Assembly (NCBI GenBank): GCA_017399405.1 | Contig: JAFQCT010000020.1 | Coordinates: 22,492 to 86,491, forward strand | Reading direction: 5' to 3' | DNA from: Clostridia bacterium | GTDB lineage: Bacteria > Bacillota > Clostridia > Oscillospirales > Acutalibacteraceae | Length of the DNA: 64,000 nucleotides | In this document: in pieces, positions 39,690 to 48,202 of the stretch | Layout: the number at the start of each line of letters is the position of its first letter | Numbering within the stretch: position 1 is the stretch's first letter | Program-made: the position numbers and the translations under genes | Notes under the pieces: generated by a model | Databases searched by the model: none | Told to the model about the DNA's origin: nothing | The model's input: only the letters and a program-made list of their open reading frames with translations

Positions 39690-41477
39690 GTGACAGTTTT
39701 GGCAGAAAAGCAAAGAAAAAGTCAAACGCTACTTAATGGTGCGTTAGTTTTAAGCCTTGCAACAGTAATAATTAAGGTTATCGGCGTTATTTATAAAATA
39801 CCGCTTTCAAATATGATTGGTACGGTTGGTCGCGGTCTTTTTGACTCTGCATACAGCCTTTATGTGCCTGTTTATACAGTTGCTATGGCAGGACTTCCCG
39901 TTGCAATCTCAAATATGGTGTCAAAGGCTATGGCTTTGGGCAGATACCGCGATGTTAAGGTAATCCATAAGGTTGCAAAACGACTTTTCTTGATTGTTGG
40001 TATTATCGGCACACTTGCAATGTTTATTCTCACATATCCTTATGCACTTTCTGCAAAGAATATGGATATTATCCCTGCTGTGCTTGTAATTACACCATCA
40101 ATTTTCTTCTGTTGTGTAATGTCAAGTTACCGTGGTTATTACAACGGTCTTTCAAATATGACACCTACTGCAATTTCACAGGTCCTTGAAGCAGGTGGCA
40201 AACTTATTTTCGGTCTTGTGTGTGCAAAATGGGCAATCAGTTATGGTCTTTCCCGATTTGAGCAAGGCTTAACAGTTTTCGGACAAACAGTAACAACTGA
40301 AAGTGAAGCATTAAGTGCAATTTATCCTTATGCTGCAGCGGGTGCTACAGCCGGTGTTACTTTGGGTACGGTTATCGGTGTAATTTATCTTCTTATTATG
40401 CATAAGGTAAGCGGTGACCGAATTACAAAAACAGAACTTGCATCTGCACCAAAACCTGAAAAATCAGGGGTTATTGCAAAGAAAATGTTCCAGTTTGCAA
40501 TCCCTGTAGCACTAAGTTCTCTTGTGTTCAGTATTACAAATCTTATTGACGCAATTACTGTGCAAAATCGTCTTGAAACAGTAGTGCTTAATAATATGGA
40601 TTTAATAAGAAATATGTATTCAGAGCAACTTGTGGGCGTTCTTGATGCTGATGTTAAGAATTTCCTCTATGGTGCATATTCCTTGTCTCTCGATTTCCGT
40701 AACCTTATTCCGTCAATTACAATGACTTTGGGTATAAGTGCAATTCCTGCACTTTCTGCTGCTTGGGCAGTTAAAAATAAAAAAGCAATTAAAGTTTCAA
40801 TTGAATCCGTTATGCGTGTTACAATGCTTGTTGCAATGCCTTGCGGTATTGGTATGGGCGTACTCGCACAACCAATTCTTGCAGCGTTTTATGGTAGTGG
40901 TGCTTCTGCAAGTGGTGTTTCAATTGCTGCCCCTGTACTTATGGTTTACGGTTTTACAATTTTCTTAATTGCTTTGTCACAACCAATGACAAATATGCTT
41001 CAGGCTCTTGACAAAACTAAAATCCCACTTGTTTCTATGACTGTGGGTGCAATTGTAAAATTTGTATCAAACCTTATATTCGTTTCAATCCCAAGTCTTA
41101 ATGTTAACGGTGCGGTAATCGGTACTGTAAGTTGTTATGCGGTAATTACAATTATCAACCTTTTTGCAATTATCAAAACAACAAGAATAAGAATAAACTT
41201 TATTTCAGTATTCTTAAAACCTATTATCTGCGGTGTGCTTTGCGGTATAGGTGCATATACATCTTTTGGGCTTTCAAATCGCTTTATCCCCGATTTTTCA
41301 CTTGCAGGTCACAATGTTAAAAACATACTTTGTCTTGGTATTGCAATCGGTTTTGGTGGCTTGATTTATGTAATTTCTATGCTTTTTGTCAAAGGAATTT
41401 CAAAAGATGATGTAAATATGCTCCCAAAAGGAGAAAAAATTGCAAAAATACTTGCAAAATATGGATTTATAGAGTAA
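39690..41477 (+). CDS. MOP-superfamily polysaccharide/lipid II flippase (SpoVB/YabM/MurJ-like)
   Basis: About 14 TM segments in 595 aa. Its position upstream of mazG mirrors the Bacillus yabM-yabN arrangement. The GTG start is as in the ORF track. Confidence 0.75.
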   Translation: MTVLAEKQRKSQTLLNGALVLSLATVIIKVIGVIYKIPLSNMIGTVGRGLFDSAYSLYVPVYTVAMAGLPVAISNMVSKAMALGRYRDVKVIHKVAKRLFLIVGIIGTLAMFILTYPYALSAKNMDIIPAVLVITPSIFFCCVMSSYRGYYNGLSNMTPTAISQVLEAGGKLIFGLVCAKWAISYGLSRFEQGLTVFGQTVTTESEALSAIYPYAAAGATAGVTLGTVIGVIYLLIMHKVSGDRITKTELASAPKPEKSGVIAKKMFQFAIPVALSSLVFSITNLIDAITVQNRLETVVLNNMDLIRNMYSEQLVGVLDADVKNFLYGAYSLSLDFRNLIPSITMTLGISAIPALSAAWAVKNKKAIKVSIESVMRVTMLVAMPCGIGMGVLAQPILAAFYGSGASASGVSIAAPVLMVYGFTIFLIALSQPMTNMLQALDKTKIPLVSMTVGAIVKFVSNLIFVSIPSLNVNGAVIGTVSCYAVITIINLFAIIKTTRIRINFISVFLKPIICGVLCGIGAYTSFGLSNRFIPDFSLAGHNVKNILCLGIAIGFGGLIYVISMLFVKGISKDDVNMLPKGEKIAKILAKYGFIE

Positions 41478-41505
41478 AATATAGGTATGTTTAGAAGGTG
41501 ACGGA

Positions 41506-42315
41506 ATGATTGAAAATTTCAATTTCAAAGAGCGTTATGATGTTAATGACTTAATTGATATTGTTGAGATTCTTCGTTCACCAAACGGTTGCCCTTGGGA
41601 TAGGGAGCAAGACCACAAGTCAATCCGTCGTGATTTTCTTGAAGAAACTTACGAAGTGATTGAAGCCATCAATAAAGAGGACCGTGACGGTCTTTTAGAA
41701 GAACTTGGCGATGTTTTGTTGCAGGTTGTTTTCCACGCACAAATTGAGCGTGAGAAAAATTCATTTGACTTAAATGATGTGGCTGACGGTGTCTGCAAAA
41801 AAATGATTGAGCGTCACCCTCATGTTTTTGGCGATGTAAATGCCACTACAAGTGAACAGGTGCTTGATAATTGGGATGTTATTAAAAAACAGACTAAACA
41901 GCAGAAAAGTCAGACCGAGTCAATGCTTTCAATCCCTCGCGAATTTCCTGCACTAATGCGTGCAGATAAAGTTCAGAAAAAAGCTGCAAAAGTTGGCTTT
42001 GATTGGGCTTCAGTTGACGGTGCATTAGATAAAGTCAGTGAAGAACTGGGCGAACTTAAAGAAGCAATTACAATGGGCGTTGTTGATAATGCTAATGAGG
42101 AGCTTGGCGACTTGCTTTTCTCAGTTGTAAATGTTTCAAGATTTATTAGCGTTGATAGTGAAGAAGCACTCACAAACGCAACTGACAAGTTCATTGACCG
42201 TTTTTCTAAAGTTGAAAAAATGGCCGAAGAAAAAGGCTTAAATATGAAAGAAACAGACCTCAGAGAGTTGGACAAGCTCTGGGACGAAGCAAAAAAAGTA
42301 TCAAAAAAGGATTAA
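41506..42315 (+). CDS. mazG: Nucleoside triphosphate pyrophosphohydrolase MazG
   Basis: Two MazG domains carry the EExxE..E..D motifs EETYEVIEAI...EELGDVLLQV and EELGELKEAI...EELGDLLFSV. Confidence 0.9.
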   Translation: MIENFNFKERYDVNDLIDIVEILRSPNGCPWDREQDHKSIRRDFLEETYEVIEAINKEDRDGLLEELGDVLLQVVFHAQIEREKNSFDLNDVADGVCKKMIERHPHVFGDVNATTSEQVLDNWDVIKKQTKQQKSQTESMLSIPREFPALMRADKVQKKAAKVGFDWASVDGALDKVSEELGELKEAITMGVVDNANEELGDLLFSVVNVSRFISVDSEEALTNATDKFIDRFSKVEKMAEEKGLNMKETDLRELDKLWDEAKKVSKKD

Positions 42316-42366
42316 GTCCTTTTAGGATAAATTAAAAAAGAGAAAAATTTATTGGAGGAAATCACA

Positions 42367-42639
42367 ATGAATAAGACAGAACTCGTAGCAGCAGTAGCTG
42401 CAAAAACAGGCCTTTCAAAGAAAGACGCAGACGCAGCAGTAGCAGCAGTTTTCGCATCAGTTACAGACGCAATGGCAAAAGGCGACAAAGTTCAGCTCAT
42501 CGGTTTCGGTACATTCGAAGTTAGAGCAAGAAACGCTAAGACAGCTCGCAACCCAAGAACAGGCGAAACAATGACAGTTCCAGCAACAAAAGTTCCAGCT
42601 TTCAAAGCAGGCGCAGCTCTTAAAGCAGCAGTTAAATAA
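42367..42639 (+). CDS. hup: HU family DNA-binding protein
   Basis: ATG at 42367 is preceded by GGAGG. The sequence MNKTELV...GFGTFEVR.R.AR.ARNPRTGE is diagnostic. Confidence 0.95.
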   Translation: MNKTELVAAVAAKTGLSKKDADAAVAAVFASVTDAMAKGDKVQLIGFGTFEVRARNAKTARNPRTGETMTVPATKVPAFKAGAALKAAVK

Positions 42640-42655
42640 TTAAACTTTTGTAAAA

Positions 42656-42688
42656 AAGGGGAGTCGGTTTCGACTCCCTTGTTTTTTT
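42656..42688 (+). terminator. Rho-independent terminator after hup
   Basis: AAGGGGAGTCG-GTTT-CGACTCCCTT followed by T7. Confidence 0.85.
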
Positions 42689-42698
42689 GGTGAATAAA

Positions 42699-42941
42699 AT
42701 GAGATTAGACAAATACTTAAAAGTATCAAGAATAATTAAAAGAAGAACAATCGCAAATGAGGTTTGCGACGCAGGTAAAGTAAGTGTAGGCGGTCGTGTA
42801 GTCAAAGCATCTTATGATGTTAAAGAGGGCGATATTCTTGAAATCACTTTCGGCGAAAAGACTACAAAATATAAAGTCCTCACAGTAACTGAACACGCAA
42901 CAAAGCAGTCTGCACAAGATATGTATCAGGAAATCAAATAG
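42699..42941 (+). CDS. S4-domain RNA-binding protein (YabO/Hsp15-like)
   Basis: ATG at 42699. MRLDKYLKVSRIIKRR is the S4 motif. The size is ~80 aa. Confidence 0.85.
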   Translation: MRLDKYLKVSRIIKRRTIANEVCDAGKVSVGGRVVKASYDVKEGDILEITFGEKTTKYKVLTVTEHATKQSAQDMYQEIK

Positions 42942-43061
42942 TTTCTTTTTCCGCAATACTTCGCGTCTTTCGGCTCGCGGTATCAACATACAGCTTCGCC
43001 TTAGCCACATTGTCTTGCGAAAAAATAAATCTATTTTATATAAGATGCGTTTATATTAAAG

Positions 43062-43093
43062 AATTCTGCATTTTGCATTTTGCACTCTGCACT
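43062..43093. repeat. TGCA heptad repeat, copy 2
   Basis: AATTCTGCATTTTGCATTTTGCACTCTGCACT has the same organisation as 18312-18343. It is likewise followed by an A-run, a hairpin and a T-run. Confidence 0.7.
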
Positions 43094-43120
43094 AAAAAAG
43101 GGCTCATTGAGCCCTTTTTT
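43094..43120 (-). terminator. Rho-independent terminator (bidirectional shape)
   Basis: AAAAAAGGGCTC-ATT-GAGCCCTTTTTT lies immediately after the stop of the 43119 gene. Confidence 0.8.
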
Positions 43121-44357
43121 ATCTGTATTCTAATGTATCTAAAATCTCTATAGCCTCTGTGCCGTGTTCATTCCACCAATTGTCAGCACCAAAATTAAGT
43201 ATTACATAATCTTGGTCAAATACTATAAAACTGAACATAGAGTCATTGTCATAAGTCCCCATACTGCCTATATGCCCACCAAAGATTACTTCTTCACTTG
43301 TAAGTCCTGTGCCACAAACGCCAAAATTTTCATCATACGCAAACAATAGGCTACCTTGCGTTTTACCCTCAGGCCAGAATTCAATAAAAAATGTGTATGC
43401 TAAATCTGAAAGTTCCTTGTGTTCAAGAGTTTCATAAGTTGCATATTCCCAACCATCAGGAACAATAAGTGACAACATTCTGTTATCTTTTTCAACCTTT
43501 ACAAGCTCACCAGTGCCTAATTCAACCCAATTGAAAACAAGTTCTATATCAAGCCATGTAATATCTGTAGGGTCATCAGTACAAACGGTAGGGTCATCGA
43601 TATAGTCTATTATTCTGTTTTCGAGTTCAATGAATATATGCCAATAAGCCATATCAGAATCGCCGGTTTCGGGAAGATTAACATCAATATAGGCGTAAAG
43701 CTTTCCACTATCAGCTCTTTTAAGTGCTGTAACAGTATGCGTAATTGAACTACTGCCTTCTTCTAAAATAACAACAATCAAAGGCTTGCCCTTAAAGTAT
43801 TCTTCGTCATACTTTTTGCACTCTTCTGAAAATTCATTGTTAAATTCTTTCACATATTCATTCAAATCTTCAACAGACTTAATTACTCTTATTTGTGGGA
43901 ACTTTATACCACTTGGCGTGTTATGACTTCTGTAAGATGTGGCAGAAAAAGTCATATCAGTTTGTGTAGCAGGGGGAGTATCAATGTAACCTAACTCAAT
44001 AAGCGAAACTATCACTTGTTCAGGTAAATCCTTGTATTCACCGTCAGCGAGTTTTTTGCAGTAATAAACTCCCGTGCCGGCAGGGAAACTTTCTTGTATT
44101 CCGTCGTGGACAATCAGTATTTTGTCACCGCTTGTAAGTCCTTTGAAGATTTCTTCGTTTTCACTTTGATTTGACATTTCAATAGGGCTGTTATCATCAT
44201 CAATAATCATATAACCCGTATTGGTGACAAGAACTTTGCCCTCCATAACACCATAACCTTTGAATGACGCAATACCGAATACCACAAAGCAAATGGCAAA
44301 CAGTAATAAAAGTATTGCAACAATGGTAGCGAGTATTACAAGTATTTTTCTTTTCAT
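43119..44357 (-). CDS. Membrane-anchored extracytoplasmic protein, function unknown
   Basis: ATG at 44357 is preceded by GGAGGG and lies 2 nt after the serpin stop. It has one N-terminal TM helix (ILVILATIVAILLLLFAICFVVFGI). I recognise no family motif. Confidence 0.6.
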   Translation of the reverse strand: MKRKILVILATIVAILLLLFAICFVVFGIASFKGYGVMEGKVLVTNTGYMIIDDDNSPIEMSNQSENEEIFKGLTSGDKILIVHDGIQESFPAGTGVYYCKKLADGEYKDLPEQVIVSLIELGYIDTPPATQTDMTFSATSYRSHNTPSGIKFPQIRVIKSVEDLNEYVKEFNNEFSEECKKYDEEYFKGKPLIVVILEEGSSSITHTVTALKRADSGKLYAYIDVNLPETGDSDMAYWHIFIELENRIIDYIDDPTVCTDDPTDITWLDIELVFNWVELGTGELVKVEKDNRMLSLIVPDGWEYATYETLEHKELSDLAYTFFIEFWPEGKTQGSLLFAYDENFGVCGTGLTSEEVIFGGHIGSMGTYDNDSMFSFIVFDQDYVILNFGADNWWNEHGTEAIEILDTLEYR

Positions 44358-44359
44358 AA

Positions 44360-45628
44360 TCAACCCTCCACACTTGTAACTGTGCCAATAAAGAATGGTA
44401 TATTGTTTTCGCAGTCAATTATCATATACATAAACGGACGGTCAAGATAAACTTCGTGTGGCTTTTCAGGCATAGCAGTTGCACCGTTAAGGATTTCAGC
44501 GGTAACCGCACCTGCTTTTGTGCCTTTTTCTGCAACAGAAATATATGTTTTGTGAAGAACCTTGCCAATGTACAGATTACCATTTTCCCAAGTGCCAATG
44601 CCTGTTAACTCTGCATTATTACTGTCAAATGCAGTTTTAATGCCCATATTTTGTAACATTTCTGTAATATCAGCGGTGTAGTCATACTCGAATTTCGGAA
44701 TACTTGTTATTACCTTTTCGCTTTTTACACTATTAAGAAGCTTTGCGATTTTGTCACCTGTAAGATTTTTAATATAATCTTCTAATTTAATGTTTTCGTT
44801 AGGAAGTACCGCCGCAAAAGCGTATTTTGCACCTGCATAATACTTAAGAAAACCTGTTGAATCACTATCGCACAAGTAGTTGTATTCTTCACCATACATA
44901 AAATCAACATTCTGACTTTCACCGTTACGGGCATAGAAAGTATCTTTATGTACTGCATATTCTTCATAAACATTTGCCCATTCAGCCTCAAATGCCAATG
45001 CGTTCATAAGGCACATAAGAGTATAGTCAGGGAGTGGCTCGTCAATAATACTTGGTATCATACCGTCAGTATTCTTTTTAACCCAGTTATTCATATCTTT
45101 AACGGTGTCTGCACTGTTAAAATCAACTGAATACATTTGTGGGCTGTGATAATCTGCATTGATTTGCAAAAAGTCGTTGTTTACTTTGAATGCTTCATCA
45201 TTTGTAATCCAAAGTGAGTTTGCAAGTTTAAGTGAGAACTTTTCACCTTGTTCTAATGAGCTTATATAACTGTATAAATATTTGTTCATTTCACTTGCAG
45301 AAAGTCCAAAAGTTTCTTCCATTTCTTTAAGTGTGTCATTTTCAGCACCATTTGCGGTCATTGAAAGTGCACAAAGAACTGAAAGGGGAGAGATAAGAAC
45401 ATTATCACCATTTACTTGATTTTCTTTGAAAAATGATACTGTAAAATCGTAAAAAGCATTGTTGCCTTCTATTAAATCATCAGATTTTTCAACGGATTTT
45501 GGTGAAATATCACTCATAAGATTTTTCGCATTTACTTTTGACGGAGTAGGTGATGGATTTTCACCACACGCACTAAATGAAACAAGAATAAGAGTTATGC
45601 ACAATAAAACTGAAATAATCTTTTTCAT
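44360..45628 (-). CDS. Serpin family lipoprotein
   Basis: The signal peptide has a lipobox-like VSFSAC. The body is a serpin (SPLSVLCALSM..., LANSLW). The hinge and reactive-centre region is AEKGTKAGAVTAEILNGATAMP, followed by DRPFMYMI. Confidence 0.85.
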   Translation of the reverse strand: MKKIISVLLCITLILVSFSACGENPSPTPSKVNAKNLMSDISPKSVEKSDDLIEGNNAFYDFTVSFFKENQVNGDNVLISPLSVLCALSMTANGAENDTLKEMEETFGLSASEMNKYLYSYISSLEQGEKFSLKLANSLWITNDEAFKVNNDFLQINADYHSPQMYSVDFNSADTVKDMNNWVKKNTDGMIPSIIDEPLPDYTLMCLMNALAFEAEWANVYEEYAVHKDTFYARNGESQNVDFMYGEEYNYLCDSDSTGFLKYYAGAKYAFAAVLPNENIKLEDYIKNLTGDKIAKLLNSVKSEKVITSIPKFEYDYTADITEMLQNMGIKTAFDSNNAELTGIGTWENGNLYIGKVLHKTYISVAEKGTKAGAVTAEILNGATAMPEKPHEVYLDRPFMYMIIDCENNIPFFIGTVTSVEG

Positions 45629-45653
45629 ATTGAGGACCTCCTTTACAAATCAA

Positions 45654-46295
45654 TTAAAACTTCTCATATTGAATACGCGATGTATAAATAGCTCCAGATT
45701 CTATTTTGCCATAGAATACATACACCTTTTCACCAACGCTTAAATCCTTAATAAGTAAGGTGTCAAGTTTTTCATTTGTGCTTTCACTATAAATTACGGT
45801 CACAATTTGATTTTCTTCAAAATGTGTTGAATTACCAACTACAGCCTTTTTAAGCACCTTGCCTTTGAAACTGTTGTCACTAATTTCTGTGATTTCAATA
45901 TAAACTGAAGCGGCAAAGCAAATATCTTCTGTTGAACTGCCCGCGTTTTCGGTACTGCCTGTACTTCCCGCGAACTCATCACGAAAACTACTATTATCAT
46001 CTTGTGTAATTTGGTCAGCACTTTCGATTTTATTTTCGTCACCGCCAACCGTATCAGCAGTACCACTCATTTGATTTGTACTGCCATTATTAACAGAAGA
46101 ATGGTTTTCTGTAGATACATTGTTGCCTAAATACTTAAATCCGCCAAAAATCGCAAGCATAATGCAAGCCGCAACCGCTACATAATTAAGCCATAAATGT
46201 TTGTGGCGTTCAGGGTATTTTCTTAAAACATTGACGCTTTCAATCATATCGTCATCAATAAATTCGAGTGCGTCAATAATTTGTTCCTGACTCAT
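45654..46295 (-). CDS. Putative anti-sigma factor (single-pass membrane protein)
   Basis: It overlaps the upstream ECF sigma gene by 4 nt. It has a short cytoplasmic N-terminus, one TM helix (LNYVAVAACIMLAIFGGF) and a low-complexity extracellular region. The call rests on context only. Confidence 0.5.
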   Translation of the reverse strand: MSQEQIIDALEFIDDDMIESVNVLRKYPERHKHLWLNYVAVAACIMLAIFGGFKYLGNNVSTENHSSVNNGSTNQMSGTADTVGGDENKIESADQITQDDNSSFRDEFAGSTGSTENAGSSTEDICFAASVYIEITEISDNSFKGKVLKKAVVGNSTHFEENQIVTVIYSESTNEKLDTLLIKDLSVGEKVYVFYGKIESGAIYTSRIQYEKF

Positions 46296-46852
46296 AAATC
46301 AAAGCCCTCCTTTTTAAGATATTCCCTTAAACTGTTGCGGGTACGGAATAACAAGGTTTTAGCCTTTGATTCACTAATACCGCAGTATTTTGCAACATCT
46401 TTAACAGAATCAAGAAAATAATATCTGCCAATGAATACATTTCGTGCGTCAATTGAGAGTGTGCGTAAAAATGTGTTAATTGCCTCACCTAAAATTTGAG
46501 CCTCATAATCTTTTTCAGGGGAGTTGTTACCTGAAATGCAATCTTCCAATTCAGTAAGAGATAAGGCATATTCACTCCCTTGACGCTTTATTCTGTTGCG
46601 TTTACGGAAAATATCTATAGAAATTCTGCGAGTAAGTTTACCTAAATATGTAGATAAAACATTGGGTTTGTGAGGTGGCATAGAATTCCATGCAGCAAGA
46701 TAGGTGTCATTAACGCTCTCATTACTATCTTCTTTGTCTGACAGAATGTTGTAAGCAATCTTATAAAGATAGTTTTCGTACTTTTCCTGTGTCTCGCGGA
46801 TTGCAGATTCATCACGATTCCAGTAAAGTTCAACAATTTTCTCGTCTTGCAT
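46292..46852 (-). CDS. ECF-type RNA polymerase sigma-70 family factor
   Basis: 186 aa with region 2 (DTYLAAW) and a region 4 HTH (VKDVAKYCGISESKAKTLLFRTR). Confidence 0.85.
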   Translation of the reverse strand: MQDEKIVELYWNRDESAIRETQEKYENYLYKIAYNILSDKEDSNESVNDTYLAAWNSMPPHKPNVLSTYLGKLTRRISIDIFRKRNRIKRQGSEYALSLTELEDCISGNNSPEKDYEAQILGEAINTFLRTLSIDARNVFIGRYYFLDSVKDVAKYCGISESKAKTLLFRTRNSLREYLKKEGFDL

Positions 46853-46977
46853 ATCTTTTCCCCCTCACAAAAATATTTCAGGTACCTTTCAACTATCATC
46901 TCGTCAAAATTTCCAAAAGGTTACAACTTTTATAATTTTATTATAACAATTGCAAAAATAAATTGCAATCACTCAAC

Positions 46978-47088
46978 AAATTATAGTTTGTCGGGCTTTT
47001 TAATCGCCCCTACTATAATCGCAACGCAGTTCCGATTATTCTTTATTCATTATTATTTATTCTTTAACATCCCTACAACCCCCAATTT
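46978..47088. repeat. MITE-like modular repeat, copy B (shortened, right end degenerate)
   Basis: The left end is AAATTATAGTTTGTCGGG. The interior AATCGCCCCTAC...ATCGCAACGCAGTTCCGATTATTCTTTATTCA...TTCTTTAACAT matches cassettes m2 (half) and m3 of copy A. The right end is CCCTACAACCCCCAATTT. Confidence 0.7.
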
Positions 47089-47171
47089 GCACTTACATTT
47101 ATTCCCACTTGACTAAAATCATAAATATCTGTTATACTGAAAATGAAATAAAAACAAAAGGGTAAAAAGCT

Positions 47172-47708
47172 ATGACTTATAAAAATGTTTATATACTTAT
47201 GACTCAATACCCGGGATTTGATGCGAAAATACTTAGGTGGTATTCAAGATTTCCATATACACATACCTCAATAGGCTTTGAAGAGGATATGGATACTTTT
47301 TATACCTTTGTAAGCAAAGGTTTTTTCGTTGAAAGCATTACAAGATACGAAAAACCTGACAGACCATCATTCCCTTGTGCCTTGTTTGAGGTAAAAGTTT
47401 CAGAAAATGTTTATAACAAGATTAAAGAAGAAGTTTTACACTATAAAGAGAATAAAGGCGACTTCAAATATTCAACTTTAGGGCTTATTCTTTGCTTTTT
47501 GAAAATACCATATAAAAGAAAAAACCGTTATTTCTGCTCACAGTTTGTAGCAGAAGTATTACACCGTTGTGAAGTGGTAAAACTTAAAAAGAGGAGTTCT
47601 TTGTATTTCCCAAAAGATTTTTTGAAACATAAAGAGTTAAAACTTGTTTTTCAAGGTAATCATTTATCATTTGTTGAAAAATATGTAAGAAAACCAAACA
47701 AAATATAA
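47172..47708 (+). CDS. Hypothetical protein, possibly a permuted papain-like (YiiX/NlpC-P60-like) hydrolase
   Basis: The motifs YTHTSIGF and YFCSQFVAEVL resemble the His/Cys arrangement of YiiX-type permuted papain-fold proteins. The assignment is weak. Confidence 0.35.
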   Translation: MTYKNVYILMTQYPGFDAKILRWYSRFPYTHTSIGFEEDMDTFYTFVSKGFFVESITRYEKPDRPSFPCALFEVKVSENVYNKIKEEVLHYKENKGDFKYSTLGLILCFLKIPYKRKNRYFCSQFVAEVLHRCEVVKLKKRSSLYFPKDFLKHKELKLVFQGNHLSFVEKYVRKPNKI

Positions 47709-47714
47709 AAACAC

Positions 47715-47750
47715 AAAAAAGCGAGAGAATTTTTCTCTCGCTTTCGTTTT
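47715..47750. terminator. Bidirectional rho-independent terminator between convergent genes
   Basis: AAAGCGAGAGAA-TTT-TTCTCTCGCTTT is flanked by A- and T-runs. Confidence 0.8.
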
Positions 47751-47761
47751 CCACTTTTCAT

Positions 47762-48202
47762 TTACTTTGTTCCTGTTGAGCCAAATCCACCTGCACCACG
47801 CTCTGTGTCGTCTAATTCTTGAACTTCAACGATTTCAGGTAATTCAACCGGTTTTATTACCATTTGTGCAATTCTTTCAAAAGGCTCAATTGTGTATTCA
47901 GGGTCAGTCTGCTTAATAACACCAACACAAATTTCACCACGGTAGTCGCTGTCAATAACACCAACTGAATTGAGAAGCCCGATACCGTGCTTTATTGCAA
48001 GACCACTTCGGGCATATATAAATGCTGCATAATGTGGGTCGTCAAGTCCTATTGCAATTCCTGTTGGTATAACTGCCTTGTCACCCTTTTTAAGAGTTAT
48101 AGGCTCGTCAATGCAAGCATATAAATCCATACCTGCACTGCCGGATGTTGCACGAGTAGGTATTTTTGCATTTTCGCGTACTTTCTTGATTTTAAGTTCC
48201 AT
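47762..48202 (-). CDS. dut: dUTP diphosphatase
   Basis: The motifs SAGMDL, ARSGLA, GVIDSDYRGE and a C-terminal RG.GGFGSTG are present. Confidence 0.93.
   Translation of the reverse strand: MELKIKKVRENAKIPTRATSGSAGMDLYACIDEPITLKKGDKAVIPTGIAIGLDDPHYAAFIYARSGLAIKHGIGLLNSVGVIDSDYRGEICVGVIKQTDPEYTIEPFERIAQMVIKPVELPEIVEVQELDDTERGAGGFGSTGTK

Noticed and set aside
42942-43061. The GC-richer segment CCGCAATACTTCGCGTCTTTCGGCTCGCGGTATC... after the S4 gene might be another repeat cassette or a small RNA.
   Set aside because: It occurs only once in the window. The pairing potential is modest, and I could not tie it to the repeat family or to any known RNA.
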